From positions 448,001 through 512,000 of the forward strand of contig CAWJCS010000002.1 in NCBI GenBank assembly GCA_963841435.1: a DNA stretch of 64,000 bases, read 5' to 3'. How positions within the stretch are numbered: the stretch's first letter is position 1; every line of letters begins with the position of its first letter. Positions 21,712 to 32,253 of this stretch are shown piece by piece. Origin of the DNA: an uncultured delta proteobacterium (GTDB taxonomy: Bacteria; Myxococcota_A; Polyangia; Polyangiales; Polyangiaceae). A program made the position numbers and the translations under genes. Below the pieces are notes generated by a model. That model ran no database searches, had not been told where the DNA came from, and worked only from the letters and a program-made list of their open reading frames with translations.

Positions 21712-22953
21712 ATGACCCCGCGCCCGTTCGAACCCCAGTTCATGAAAATGAGTGTGCTGACTGCTGCGCTGCAGGAGCTCACCCCCCGACGCATTCGCGA
21801 CGAAGACCCGGATCGTGCGATCGAGGATTGGCTCGATTTCGCGGGCGAGCTCGACTGCCCCAACATCCAGATCTCCGCCGCCTTGCACCCGACCGAGGCC
21901 GACGTGCCAGAGGAGGCGATGCTCGACCCGGTCGCGAACCACCTCGATCTGCGTCAGCCCTTCGACAAGGCGCGCGCCAAGCGAGTGCTCGCCAAAATGG
22001 ACTCCACGCGAGTCGGCGTCACCGACATCGCCTTCTTCGACAATCTTCTGCACGACGATGCGGCGGTGCGGAACAAGAAGCACCAGTTCGTCATCCGGAT
22101 GATGGACGCGGCGGCGCTGCTCGGCGTGAAAGCGATCTGCGGGTTCGTCGGTCGGAACCAGAAGCTCTCGATGGACCAGAACCTCAAGTTCTTCGAGGAG
22201 GTCTTCGTCCCGCTCCTCAAAGAAGCCAAGGCGCGCGGCATCGAGTACCGCGTGGAGCAGTGCCCGATGCCGGGCTGGACCGTCGGCGACAACTTCCACA
22301 ACAACATCGGCTATGCGCCGGGTATGTGGATCGCCCTCCACCGCATCTGCGAAAAGCACGGCGTCGGCGACCAGTTTCGCGTGCACTACGACCCGTCGCA
22401 CGCCGTCCTGATGGGTCAGGATACGCGATCGATCTTTCAGTATCTCAAAGACACCGGTTACGATTTTCTCGTCAGCGGCTTCCACGTCAAGGGGCAGGTG
22501 ATCGACTCCAAGGGGGTGTCGGCGTGGGGCTACGGGGGCCAGACCGTCGAGCGCGGCGACTGGAAGGACGGCCGCCCGTCGTCGAACCCCGCCGATCAGC
22601 TCAACGCTTGGAAGAAGCAGACGGTGCTGTGCGAGCACGAGCTGCCCGGGACCGCGAAGCACGATCCGCTCGCCTACCTGCAGAACCGCACGGTCGACTG
22701 GCTGGATCATCAGCTCGCCGCCCGCGAGCTCTTGAAGCTCGACGTTGCGAACACGGCGCTCGTGATCGAGCACGAGTACCCCCGCGCCCGTATCCAAGAC
22801 AAGGAGCGGCTCAAGCCCATCCTCAAGGGCTCGATCGCCTTCGCCCGCACCATCGACGAGGCTGCCGCGTGCATGCACGCGCTCCACCACGACGTACTGC
22901 CCTCGCAGAACATCCCCGTCCAGGGGCGCGGGCGCGTCGCCTACTTTAGTTGA
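21712..22953 (+). CDS. Sugar phosphate isomerase/epimerase (xylose-isomerase-like TIM barrel)
   Basis: [34 protein letters not shown] metal-ligand motifs. Confidence 0.85.
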   Translation: MTPRPFEPQFMKMSVLTAALQELTPRRIRDEDPDRAIEDWLDFAGELDCPNIQISAALHPTEADVPEEAMLDPVANHLDLRQPFDKARAKRVLAKMDSTRVGVTDIAFFDNLLHDDAAVRNKKHQFVIRMMDAAALLGVKAICGFVGRNQKLSMDQNLKFFEEVFVPLLKEAKARGIEYRVEQCPMPGWTVGDNFHNNIGYAPGMWIALHRICEKHGVGDQFRVHYDPSHAVLMGQDTRSIFQYLKDTGYDFLVSGFHVKGQVIDSKGVSAWGYGGQTVERGDWKDGRPSSNPADQLNAWKKQTVLCEHELPGTAKHDPLAYLQNRTVDWLDHQLAARELLKLDVANTALVIEHEYPRARIQDKERLKPILKGSIAFARTIDEAAACMHALHHDVLPSQNIPVQGRGRVAYFS

Positions 22954-22964
22954 TGGAGCGTTCG

Positions 22965-24092
22965 ATGACCAAGCGGAAGCTCAACGTCGCGATGATCGGA
23001 TACGACTTCATGGGTCGTACGCACTCGAACGCGTGGCGTCAGGTCGCCCGCTTCTTTCCGGACATTCCGTGCGAGCCCGTGCTGAAAGTCGTGGTCGGGC
23101 GTACGAAGAGCAAAGTAGCCGAGGCGCAGGCGCGCCTCGGATTCGAAGAATCCGCGACGAGCTGGGAAGAAGTGCTCGCGCGGAAAGACATCAACGTCAT
23201 CGACATCTGCACGCCGGGCGACTCCCACGCGGCCATCGCCGTCGCCGCGGCGGAGGCAGGCAAGGCCATCCTGTGCGAGAAGCCGCTCGCGAACGACCTC
23301 ACCGCGGCGGAGCGGATGGCCGGTGCGGTCAAAAAGTCGGGCTCGATCAACATGGTCTGCCACAACTACCGGCGCGTCCCCGCGGTCGCTCTCGCGAAGA
23401 AGCTGATCGACGACGGCAAGCTCGGAACGATCCACCACTACCGAGGTGTCTACCTTCAAGACTGGATCGTCGACCCGAATTTCCCCAGGGTGTGGCGGCT
23501 CGAGAAGGCACGTGCTGGCTCGGGGTCGCTCGGCGACATCCTTTCTCATACGATGGATCTCTCGCGCTACCTCGTCGGCGAACCCGTGGAGGTGTCGGGG
23601 CTTCTGAAGACGTTCGTTCCGGAGCGGCCGCTTCCGGACGGAAGCGGCCGGCGCGGCCCGGTGGACGTGGATGACTCCGCCCAGGCGCTCGTGAAGTTCG
23701 CGAACGGCGCCGTCGGCTACTACGAGGGCTCTCGCTTTGCGCCAGGGCGCAAGAACTACAATCGCCTCGAAATCAACGGCTCCAAGGGCAGTCTCGTCTG
23801 GGATCTCGAGCGGATGAACGATCTCGAGGTGTGCCTCGACACGGGCCCGCTCGGCGGATTTACCAACATCTCCGTGACCGACGGCAGCCATCCTTACTTC
23901 GGGGCCTGGTGGCCCGCGGGGCACATCATCGGTTACGAGCACTCGTTCACGCACACCGTCTACGACTTCGTGAAGGGGATCGCCGACGGAAAGTCTCCCC
24001 GTCCTGACTTCGAGGACGGACTGAAAAATCAAAAGGTGCTCGACGCCATCGAGCGGTCCGCGAAGAGCGGACAATGGGTCAAGATCCCGTAA
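22965..24092 (+). CDS. Gfo/Idh/MocA NAD-dependent oxidoreductase (levoglucosan-dehydrogenase-like clade)
   Basis: [45 protein letters not shown]. Confidence 0.92.
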   Translation: MTKRKLNVAMIGYDFMGRTHSNAWRQVARFFPDIPCEPVLKVVVGRTKSKVAEAQARLGFEESATSWEEVLARKDINVIDICTPGDSHAAIAVAAAEAGKAILCEKPLANDLTAAERMAGAVKKSGSINMVCHNYRRVPAVALAKKLIDDGKLGTIHHYRGVYLQDWIVDPNFPRVWRLEKARAGSGSLGDILSHTMDLSRYLVGEPVEVSGLLKTFVPERPLPDGSGRRGPVDVDDSAQALVKFANGAVGYYEGSRFAPGRKNYNRLEINGSKGSLVWDLERMNDLEVCLDTGPLGGFTNISVTDGSHPYFGAWWPAGHIIGYEHSFTHTVYDFVKGIADGKSPRPDFEDGLKNQKVLDAIERSAKSGQWVKIP

Positions 24093-24142
24093 TCGGGGCG
24101 CCCACTCCCAAGTTTTAGTCTCGCCAGAAAGGTCACCCCGCC

Positions 24143-25369
24143 ATGTTGAGTCACAGAAACCTTCTTTGCTCCATTGCTGCTGCCTCGTTGCTCGCCGCGG
24201 CGTGCGGGCCCAATACCGAGGAGATCCCCGACCTACCGAGTGCCGGTGCCGGAGGCGTCGGGGGAGCAAGCGCTGCGGGCGGCACCGATCCCACCACGGG
24301 AGGCACCGGAGGCGCCACGGGAGGCACCGGAGGCGCCACGGGAGGCACGGGTGGTTCCGTGGGCGGCAGCGCGGGGACGGGCGGCTCTGTCATGGCGGGT
24401 TCCTCGGGCGGGCCTCCCGCAACGGGCGGCGTCGGCGTTGGTGGCGCGGCAGGAGCCGGCGGCACCGCGGGCGACGTCGCGATGGGCGGCACCGCTGGTG
24501 ACGCCGCGATGGGCGGCACCGCCGGTGACGTCGCGATGGGCGGCACCGCGGGCACCGACGTTCCGGTGGCGGGCATGGGCGGCAGCGCCGGAACCGGCGG
24601 GGACCCAACTGGAGGCGCCGCCGGCACCGGAGCCACGGCGGGAGCGGGCGGCGCTGGCGGGACGGGTGCCTACGCCGCGCGCACCGGGTCGTTCAAGATG
24701 CTCGCCTACTCGAAGACGAGCGGCTTCCGCCACACGGAGGCGATCGCCGCGGGCCAGCCGATGCTCACGGCCATGGGTGCGAAGCAGGGCTTCACAGTGA
24801 CCTTCAGCGAGAACGCTGCCGACTTCTCGGCGGCGAACCTCGCACAGTACGAGATCGTGTTCGCGCTCGACCCCACGGGCAACAACCTCTCGAATCAGCA
24901 GAAGGCCGACTTCGAAGACTGGATGACGAACAAGAACGGCGCGTTTGCGGGCGTTCACTCGGCGACGGATCACGAGAACGGATGGGCGTTTTATTCCGAA
25001 GTCACGGGGCAGTACTACGATCTGCACGACAACTGCTGCCAGCAACAGAACATCCAGTGGGACTCTGCCGCGACGGAGTTCATCGCCGTCAAGGGCCTTC
25101 CGAGCCCGTGGCAGCGCTCCGAAGAGTGGTACAAGTTCAACAGCTGGCAGCAGTGGTCCGCGAAGCCTGGATTCCAGGTCCTGAGCCGCGTCACGACGTC
25201 AGGCGGTGGCACGAGGCCCGTGAGTTACATCCGCGAGTGGGGAAATTTTCGCTCCTTCTACACGTCCCTCGGACACGAAGGACCGACGTACTCGGACGCC
25301 AACTTCATCAAGCACGTGTCCGCCGGTATCATGTGGGCGGTCCGGCGCGAGGCCCTGCTCCAGCCCTAG
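24143..25369 (+). CDS. ThuA-like domain lipoprotein
   Basis: LAAAC lipobox, Gly-rich linker, YSKTSGFRH, AGVHSATD, EEWY, RSFYTSLGH. Confidence 0.85.
   Translation: MLSHRNLLCSIAAASLLAAACGPNTEEIPDLPSAGAGGVGGASAAGGTDPTTGGTGGATGGTGGATGGTGGSVGGSAGTGGSVMAGSSGGPPATGGVGVGGAAGAGGTAGDVAMGGTAGDAAMGGTAGDVAMGGTAGTDVPVAGMGGSAGTGGDPTGGAAGTGATAGAGGAGGTGAYAARTGSFKMLAYSKTSGFRHTEAIAAGQPMLTAMGAKQGFTVTFSENAADFSAANLAQYEIVFALDPTGNNLSNQQKADFEDWMTNKNGAFAGVHSATDHENGWAFYSEVTGQYYDLHDNCCQQQNIQWDSAATEFIAVKGLPSPWQRSEEWYKFNSWQQWSAKPGFQVLSRVTTSGGGTRPVSYIREWGNFRSFYTSLGHEGPTYSDANFIKHVSAGIMWAVRREALLQP
24296..24553 (+). repeat. Coding tandem repeats in the linker: 21-bp unit x2.7 and 27-bp unit x3.5
   Basis: acgggaggcaccggaggcgcc repeats at 24296-24351; ggcggcaccgcNggNgacgNcgcgatg repeats at 24458-24553 (GGTAGDVAM). 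Confidence 0.85.
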
Positions 25370-25374
25370 GCTCG

Positions 25375-25421
25375 AGCCGCCCAAAACAACCCACGTCAGC
25401 CGCCCAAAACAACCACACGTC
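25375..25421 (+). repeat. Intergenic tandem direct repeat (23/24 bp)
   Basis: agccgcccaaaacaacccacgtc followed by agccgcccaaaacaaccacacgtc. Confidence 0.85.
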
Positions 25422-25494
25422 AGCGGTTGGGTCGGCTAATGTTGGCCCGGCTTTCACCGGCGTGGCACCCGACGAAATTCGAAAGGACTGAGGT

Positions 25495-26859
25495 ATGTGG
25501 CTTAGCAAGAAGCAGCTTGGAGCATCGATCCTCGCTGCTGCAGTTTCGTTGCTTGCGGGCTCGGCGGCAGCCGAGATCAAACTCGTCGAGGCCAACGGTT
25601 GGACGGTGTCCACCGACGGGCGCGTCAACGGCTTCGCCTCTCATGTCTGGGGCGACGATCGGCCGGAAGGGCTCGAGAGCCTGCCCTGGGTCGGCTTCAA
25701 CGAGACGGGGGATTCAGGCGAGACGGACGGGAGCGGTAAGCTGCGAAAAACCCGAATTCGCTCCGGCTTCGTGCCTTCGACCTTCGGCTTTACGGTCAAC
25801 AAGGAGCTCAAGAACGGACTGAAGCTCAAGGGAAGAATCGAGATCGGCATCCAGATCGCCAACACGGATCCCTCTTTCGTGGCTGACCCCACGTGGATGG
25901 AGCCGCGTGCCGCGTACCTCGAGGTGGGGGGGGTGTGGGGAAGCTTCAAGGCGGGTCGCGACCTCAGCCTGTTTCCTCGCGGCAACCTGATCATGAATTA
26001 CGAGCTCGGGCATGCCTACGGCGTGGGCTTTCCGTGCGCCTACGAGAAAGTCTTCGGCGGCGCGTGCGGGCACGTCGGATTCGGCACGCTGTGGCCAGAT
26101 TTTCGCGCGCAGCTCACGTATTCGACGCCCAACTTCGGCAACATCTTTCAGGCCAGTGTCGGCATCTTCGATCCCCGCACGGTGCCCACGTACAATTGGA
26201 CGCACACGCGCCTGCCGCGCGTCGAAGGTGAAGCGGTCGCCAAGTACGACTTCCGCGAAGGTTGGGGATTCAAGGCGTGGGCCAACGGCTCCTGGCAGGA
26301 GCTCGGTATCGGCGTCGACACCACCGTGCCTAACACGAGCCCGCCCGAGGTCAGCGGGCGCACGCTCTACACGCAGAATGCCTACGGGGTGGGTGGAGGC
26401 GTCACGGGTTACCTCGGTCCGGTGAAGGTCGGCGGCTCCGGCTACGCAGGCAAGGGCATGGACGCGTTCGAGATGCTGACCTTCAATCCCATCTTCGTCT
26501 CGCGCGACCCCTCGTTGCCCAACGAGAGACGCAGGTTTCGCCCGTCGCGCGGCTTCCTCGTGGAAGCTTCGGTCACGATCGGAACCACCTGGGTGATGGG
26601 TGGCTTCGGCCGGGCCTACCTCGATCGCATGCCCAGCGACACGCCGATCACGACGCCAGGCGAGCCGCCGCTCCTGCGCAGCCAGACGGGTATCTCGACG
26701 GGGATCTTCCATCGCATCGACGCGTTCGTTCTGGGGCTCGACTACTTCAACGCCCATTACGCCTTCGACCCCCGCGTGGTCGCGCTCCCGACTCAACACA
26801 CCGAAACGTCGAAGCAGATCGTCCACACGGTGAACGCTGGCGCAACGCTCGAATGGTAG
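25495..26859 (+). CDS. Outer-membrane porin-like beta-barrel
   Basis: Signal peptide, amphipathic beta-strands, RAAYLEVGGVWGSFKAGRD, terminal aromatic residue (GATLEW). Confidence 0.75.
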   Translation: MWLSKKQLGASILAAAVSLLAGSAAAEIKLVEANGWTVSTDGRVNGFASHVWGDDRPEGLESLPWVGFNETGDSGETDGSGKLRKTRIRSGFVPSTFGFTVNKELKNGLKLKGRIEIGIQIANTDPSFVADPTWMEPRAAYLEVGGVWGSFKAGRDLSLFPRGNLIMNYELGHAYGVGFPCAYEKVFGGACGHVGFGTLWPDFRAQLTYSTPNFGNIFQASVGIFDPRTVPTYNWTHTRLPRVEGEAVAKYDFREGWGFKAWANGSWQELGIGVDTTVPNTSPPEVSGRTLYTQNAYGVGGGVTGYLGPVKVGGSGYAGKGMDAFEMLTFNPIFVSRDPSLPNERRRFRPSRGFLVEASVTIGTTWVMGGFGRAYLDRMPSDTPITTPGEPPLLRSQTGISTGIFHRIDAFVLGLDYFNAHYAFDPRVVALPTQHTETSKQIVHTVNAGATLEW

Positions 26860-26871
26860 ACCGGCCTTGCC

Positions 26872-27474
26872 ATGAGCAGGCGCGCGTTTCATCGCCCGGC
26901 GCGGTTGATCCTTTCAGCCGCGCTCGGGCTTCCGGCGTGCAGCAAGTCGGACACGCCGCCCGCTGCGGGCTCGTCGCGCGCGGCGCCGGTGCAGAGCGTC
27001 GCGGCGCCGCCGGCGAGCGACTCGGCAGCCTGGGAAGGCCACCCGCCTCGTCCGCCGCCACAGCCGCCGCCCGGTGCCTCCGCGACGGCGCTACGCCCGG
27101 ATTTCCGGGCGCGCCTCACGACTCTCCGAGTGTCGGCTCACGTCGGTTCCGTCACTATGCGCAGGCGCGGGTCGAGCTGGATTACCGCGGGCGACGCCGG
27201 TTGCACGGTGCCCGAAAGCCGCATCGAACGCGCCTTCGACAACCTCGCTGGGCTCGAGGCGGTGAAGACCGAGCAGCAACCCGCGGACGGCAACGCGTTC
27301 GAGCTCCAGATCGTCGCGCTCATGGGCGAGGACATCGCATTACAGCTCGAAGTGGCGAGCCGGAACGAGAAAGGGGATCTCGTCCAGCTCTACGACGGCT
27401 CGAGGTACCGGATGCGCGGGCTCGATCGAGCCTTGTGGTCGCCGCATCCCGCGGATTGGTGCCGGGAGCCCTGA
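26872..27474 (+). CDS. Hypothetical lipoprotein
   Basis: LGLPAC lipobox, Pro-rich linker, co-oriented 12 bp after the porin. Confidence 0.55.
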   Translation: MSRRAFHRPARLILSAALGLPACSKSDTPPAAGSSRAAPVQSVAAPPASDSAAWEGHPPRPPPQPPPGASATALRPDFRARLTTLRVSAHVGSVTMRRRGSSWITAGDAGCTVPESRIERAFDNLAGLEAVKTEQQPADGNAFELQIVALMGEDIALQLEVASRNEKGDLVQLYDGSRYRMRGLDRALWSPHPADWCREP

Positions 27475-27702
27475 GCGAATATGTCGTCCGGACTCAGAAT
27501 GACATTCTCGTTGACGCAATTTGGACGTTTTCGGGAGCGGGCCGTACGGGGCGTGACGCGGCGCGCCCCGTGCAAGGATCGCAAAATTCCAGCACGAAAC
27601 TAGTCAGTCTTCGTCGCGAAATTTGGATGCACCGAGGCGCGCGATGATGTTTGATGACGGCGTTTTTCGAGTCAATAGTCCCCCAACCGAGACTGTGATC
27701 CC

Positions 27703-28929
27703 ATGAATTCCTCACGACTGTTCACTGCCAGTTGCGTCGCGCTAATCGTCACGGCCATGAGCTTCGCGCTTCGCGGGGCGGCCACCGCCGACTGGGTGTC
27801 CCAGTTCAATCTCACGAACGAGCAGGCTGGTTGGGTGAACGGCACGGCGTTCTGGGGCTTCACTCTGGCTATGGTCGTGGGCGGCCCCCTGGTCGATGTG
27901 CTCGGGCTTCGGCGCATCATCGGTGTCGCCTTCGTCGGCCACGCCGCAGGGATCGTTCTCACCCTGGCCGCGTGGGACTTCTGGAGCTTGTTCGTTGGGA
28001 CCTTGCTGTTCGGTATCGCGAACGGCTCGGTCGAGGCAGCCTGCAATCCACTGGTCGCTTCGCTCTTCCCGAACAACCAAACCACGAAGCTCAACCACTT
28101 TCACGTGTGGTTTCCCGGTGGCATCGTGATCGGCGGGCTCTTGTCGTTCCTCTTTGGCAAGCTCGGCCTCGGTTGGCACGCGCAGTTCGCGACGATGCTC
28201 GTTCCGCTGGTCGCGTACGCCTTCTTGTTCTTCGGCCAGACGTTCCCGCGCACGGCGCGCGTGGAACGCGGCGAGTCCACAGGCTCCATGTTCGCGGCCT
28301 GCCTTTCGCCCGGATTCCTGTTCATGGTCGCGTGCATGCTCCTCACCGCCGCGACCGAGCTCGGGCCCGGCCAGTGGATTCCGTCCATTCTCGAGCACGC
28401 CGGTGTCTCCGGTATCCTCGTGTTGGTTTGGATCACCGGACTGATGGCGATCGGCCGCATGTTCGCCGGTCCGTTCGTGCACAAGCTTTCGCCGATCGGC
28501 ATGCTCATCGGGAGTGCCCTCGTGAGCACGCTGGGCCTTTACGCCATGTCTCACACCACCGGCGCGACGCTGTTCGCCGGCGCGACGGTGTTCGCCTTCG
28601 GCGTGTGCTTCTTCTGGCCGACGATGCTCGGTTTCGTTGCCGAGAACTTCCCGAAGACCGGCGCGCTCGGTCTCGCGATCATGGGCGGCGCCGGCATGCT
28701 GAGCGTCAGCTTCGTGCTCCCAATCATCGGCAGCTGGTATGACGCAGGCATCGCCGCCCGCACCCCTGCCGAGGCGCCGAGCGGGGAAGCCCTCGCCGCC
28801 ATTCAAGCCGCAGCCGGGCTCGAAGCTCTCGGCAAGGTCGCCCTGCTCCCGGCCATCCTCACGGTCGCCTTCATCCTGATCGCCGTCACCCGGAAGAAGG
28901 GCCTCGCGCGCGCCGTGCCTTCGCACTGA
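27703..28929 (+). CDS. MFS transporter (sugar-type)
   Basis: About 12 TM helices; GPLVDVLGLRR motif A; NGSVEAACNPLV, FHVWFPGGIV. Confidence 0.9.
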   Translation: MNSSRLFTASCVALIVTAMSFALRGAATADWVSQFNLTNEQAGWVNGTAFWGFTLAMVVGGPLVDVLGLRRIIGVAFVGHAAGIVLTLAAWDFWSLFVGTLLFGIANGSVEAACNPLVASLFPNNQTTKLNHFHVWFPGGIVIGGLLSFLFGKLGLGWHAQFATMLVPLVAYAFLFFGQTFPRTARVERGESTGSMFAACLSPGFLFMVACMLLTAATELGPGQWIPSILEHAGVSGILVLVWITGLMAIGRMFAGPFVHKLSPIGMLIGSALVSTLGLYAMSHTTGATLFAGATVFAFGVCFFWPTMLGFVAENFPKTGALGLAIMGGAGMLSVSFVLPIIGSWYDAGIAARTPAEAPSGEALAAIQAAAGLEALGKVALLPAILTVAFILIAVTRKKGLARAVPSH

Positions 28930-28967
28930 TCGCAGCGCCGGGAAAACGGTGATAGAATAGTCTTCTT

Positions 28968-30827
28968 GTGCGTGAAATGAGGTCCGGTTTCGCTGCATAC
29001 TCCCCGCTCCTGACCAGCCTTCTGCTGGCGTCCCCCGCGGGTGCGGCCACGCTCTACGTTTCACCGAATGGGACGTGGGCGCCGCCCGACTGCACCACGC
29101 GGGACACGCCGTGCAGCCTCGCGAGCGCGGCCGCCGGTGCCGTAGCCGGCGATACCGTCGTCCTCACTGACGGCGTCTACAAGGAGCCGCTCAGCCCGGT
29201 GAACTCCGGAACCACCTCGGCGTGGATCACCTACCAGGCCGACGAATGCTCGACGCCGATTCTCGAAGGCTCGGGCGCGGGTCCGATGGATGACATTCAG
29301 GACGGCGGCGTCGGCTCGGGGACGGCAGAGTACGTGCGCTTCAAAGGCATCGTCGCACGCGGCTTCAACATCGGCTTCGGCAACGGCTGGGTCGGCGGCC
29401 GGGACACCCCGGATATTTCCAACGGCCACTGGGAAATCGAGCACTGCATTTCCTATTCGAACGGCCGTACCGGTTTCACCTTCTTCAGCGCGGAAGGCTT
29501 CAGCCTCAAGCACTCCATTTCCGCGCACAACGGTAGCAGCGTCCTTCATTCCTGGTCGAGCGGCGTCACGCTGCTCGAGGCGATGGGGACGACCAACGTC
29601 GTCGATGGCAACATCTCGTTCGAAAATACCGACCGCGAGAAGCTCACCGACGGCAGCGGGTTCATCGTGGACGAGGAGTCGAACGGCGTCACCTTCATCA
29701 ACAACGTCGCGTTCGGTAACGCGGGCTCGTGCCTCCGCCTCACGCGCAGCTCGGGTACGCGCTTCATCAACAATACTTGCTACCACGACTCGCAGTTCGG
29801 CTCGCTCGCCACGGGGCCCACGAACCCTGGTGAAGTCTACTTTTCGAACGCAGGCGTCACGCTGGACGGCGTCACGTTCATGAACAACGTCATCATCGGC
29901 ACCGGGCAGAGCCCGGCGGGACCCGATCCGGTGGTGAATCAGCCGACACAGGGCTGGACCAACAACGTCGTGGCCACAGGCACGACGAACGTCTTCGCCG
30001 ATCCGGACGGCACGAACCCGAACCTCGTGCCGGCTTCCTCCGCGTCGAGCCTGCTCGGCAAGGGCATGAGCGGCAACGGCGTGCCCACGACCGACATCGG
30101 CTTCGATCCGAAGTGCATCGTGAAACGCAAGGCCGTCATGGTTGGCCAGGTCGCGGCCGAGCCCTGGTGGCAGTACGACGTCAACATCGATTACATCAAG
30201 AGCATCGGCGGGGTCGCGAAGTGCTTCGCGCCCCGCGCGCGCTCGGGCAACCTCGACATGGGCGCCTACAATGCCAGCATGGTCACCGCCAGCACGCCGG
30301 GCAATTGCACGCCGCCACCGGTCGGCATGGGTGGCATGGGCGGGACGGGTGGCATGGGCGGCACGACGGGCATGGCCGGCATGGACATGGGCGGCGGAGC
30401 GGGTACCGCCGGCAACAACGCGGGCGGCACGGACACGGCTGGCTCGGCCGGTTTGGGCACGGGTGGCGCTGGAAACGCGGCGGGCACGTCGGCAAGCGGC
30501 GGCACGGCCGGCGCGACGGGTGGATCCCCGGGCACGGGCGGAACGAACCCAACGGGTGACGGCGGCACCATGGCGACGGGAGGTGCCCCACCGGCCACGG
30601 GCGGCAGCACCGCAACCGGTGGCAGCACCGCAACCGGTGGCAGCACCGCGACCGGCGGCAGCGCCGTCACGGGGGCCGACGCGGGCACGGCCGATGAAGC
30701 GAGCGGCTGCGGCTGTCGTCTCGCACCCGAGAACGATCGCTCGCGTTCGCTTGCGGCCATGGTGCTGCTCGGCCTGAGCGCGCTCGGCTTCGCGAAGCGA
30801 CGGCGCTCGCGGGACACCGGGCGCTAA
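28968..30827 (+). CDS. Right-handed beta-helix secreted protein with MYXO-CTERM anchor (polysaccharide lyase-like fold)
   Basis: Signal, LYVSPNG, AGDTVVLTDGVY, TDGSGFIVD; Gly-rich linker; SGCGCRL...LLGLSALGFAKRRR. Confidence 0.82.
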   Translation: MREMRSGFAAYSPLLTSLLLASPAGAATLYVSPNGTWAPPDCTTRDTPCSLASAAAGAVAGDTVVLTDGVYKEPLSPVNSGTTSAWITYQADECSTPILEGSGAGPMDDIQDGGVGSGTAEYVRFKGIVARGFNIGFGNGWVGGRDTPDISNGHWEIEHCISYSNGRTGFTFFSAEGFSLKHSISAHNGSSVLHSWSSGVTLLEAMGTTNVVDGNISFENTDREKLTDGSGFIVDEESNGVTFINNVAFGNAGSCLRLTRSSGTRFINNTCYHDSQFGSLATGPTNPGEVYFSNAGVTLDGVTFMNNVIIGTGQSPAGPDPVVNQPTQGWTNNVVATGTTNVFADPDGTNPNLVPASSASSLLGKGMSGNGVPTTDIGFDPKCIVKRKAVMVGQVAAEPWWQYDVNIDYIKSIGGVAKCFAPRARSGNLDMGAYNASMVTASTPGNCTPPPVGMGGMGGTGGMGGTTGMAGMDMGGGAGTAGNNAGGTDTAGSAGLGTGGAGNAAGTSASGGTAGATGGSPGTGGTNPTGDGGTMATGGAPPATGGSTATGGSTATGGSTATGGSAVTGADAGTADEASGCGCRLAPENDRSRSLAAMVLLGLSALGFAKRRRSRDTGR

Positions 30828-30846
30828 CTAGAACCGCTCCGCCGCG

Positions 30847-32025
30847 TCAGCGACCGAGCACCCACGCGAGCCCGGCGAGGATATGCGGCTCGCCGAGCGT
30901 CGTGCTCGAGAGGTCCAGGTTGACCTTCGCGAAGTTCGTGTAGAAGACGCGCCCGAGTCCCTCCGTGCGCGCCCAGGAGACGGCGACGTCTTTCATGCTG
31001 CCGCCGCTCCACCGACACTTGACGAGGATGGTGCTGTCCGGAGCGAGGTAGTCCGTGTTGTCGAGGTTGCCCGAGTATTGGAACGTGGCCGGAAGCGCCG
31101 CGGTCGTCGGGTGCTCGGCGGTCGTGCGACACTCGCTGCTCCCCTCGAAGTTCTCGCTGCTCGCGCGACCGCCGATGAGCTCGTTGTAGAGGGCAGGGGG
31201 AGTGGCGGACTGAAATGTCACGTCGGCGCAGTGCGTGCCGAACAGGCCGCCCCCCATTTGGAGAAACTGCTTCAGCGCCTGCGACTCGGCCTCGCCGGAA
31301 GCACCTTGGCCGAACGGCGAAAAGCAGGTGTTGATCATGCCAACGACCGCATAACGGGCGAGGTTCGCATCGGTGAACACCGCCGGGTCCTCGGACTCGT
31401 TAACCTGAAGGTCGTAGCTTTCGAGCTTTTTCTTGTAGATGGCGAGCTGGGCGGGGACGGACGGGATGTCGAGTGTGCTGAACGAGTAGAGCAGCGCCCG
31501 CGCCGGGCGGTTCGATGCGCCACCCGAGCCCGAGGTCCCACCACTCGGTGCTCCCGCGCTCGAACCTGCCGCTCCTCCTGCCGCGGAGACGCCGGCCGAG
31601 CCGGCGTCGCTCACGGAGCCCGCGGCGCCAGCGGTCCCGCCGCTCGGGCCCGCCCCAGCGACGCCCGCGGAGCCCACCCCCGCGCCCGACGCGCCCGACG
31701 CGCCCGCGCCACCGACCGGCGGTGCTCCACCCGCGAATCCGCCCGTTGCGAGATCGCCGCCGGAACCGCCGAGCGAGCCCCCGAGGCCGGACGCTCCGGC
31801 GCTCCCGCTCGTGCCGGCGACACCCATGGTGCCAGCGCCACCTAGCGCGCCACCCGCACCGGACGCTCCGACCCCGCCTTCACCAGCGCCCGCCGGCGCC
31901 GAGCCGGGGTCTTCCTCGCAACCGAAGGCACACGCGGCGAGTATGGCGAGCCTTCCGATGACCGCTCTTTGGCGCGACAGCGTCAGCGAATATTTCGAGG
32001 GAGGCCGGATCAGGAACGCGCGCAT
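30847..32025 (-). CDS. Divergent ThuA-like lipoprotein
   Basis: AFGC lipobox, Gly linker, FTDANLARYAVV, GGGLFGTH, VSWARTEGLGRVFYT; start estimated. Confidence 0.75.
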   Translation of the reverse strand: MRAFLIRPPSKYSLTLSRQRAVIGRLAILAACAFGCEEDPGSAPAGAGEGGVGASGAGGALGGAGTMGVAGTSGSAGASGLGGSLGGSGGDLATGGFAGGAPPVGGAGASGASGAGVGSAGVAGAGPSGGTAGAAGSVSDAGSAGVSAAGGAAGSSAGAPSGGTSGSGGASNRPARALLYSFSTLDIPSVPAQLAIYKKKLESYDLQVNESEDPAVFTDANLARYAVVGMINTCFSPFGQGASGEAESQALKQFLQMGGGLFGTHCADVTFQSATPPALYNELIGGRASSENFEGSSECRTTAEHPTTAALPATFQYSGNLDNTDYLAPDSTILVKCRWSGGSMKDVAVSWARTEGLGRVFYTNFAKVNLDLSSTTLGEPHILAGLAWVLGR

Positions 32026-32253
32026 GTCTCCAACACTGTCGCCGCGCAGCCACTCTTGCGATCCTGTCTTGCGGCGCGGCGCTCCTGCTCTCGGGGATGA
32101 GGCCGCTCCTGGGGCCCTCCTGGGGCCCATTGGAAAAAAACTGAGCCGGATCGAGAGCGCGGGGGGTGTCCATCCTGCGTGTTGTCCAGCACCCGCCTGC
32201 CCGTTCTCCGCCGGTCCGATCGCCCGGCAGCTGCCAAGTAGAAGGTCCAACCC

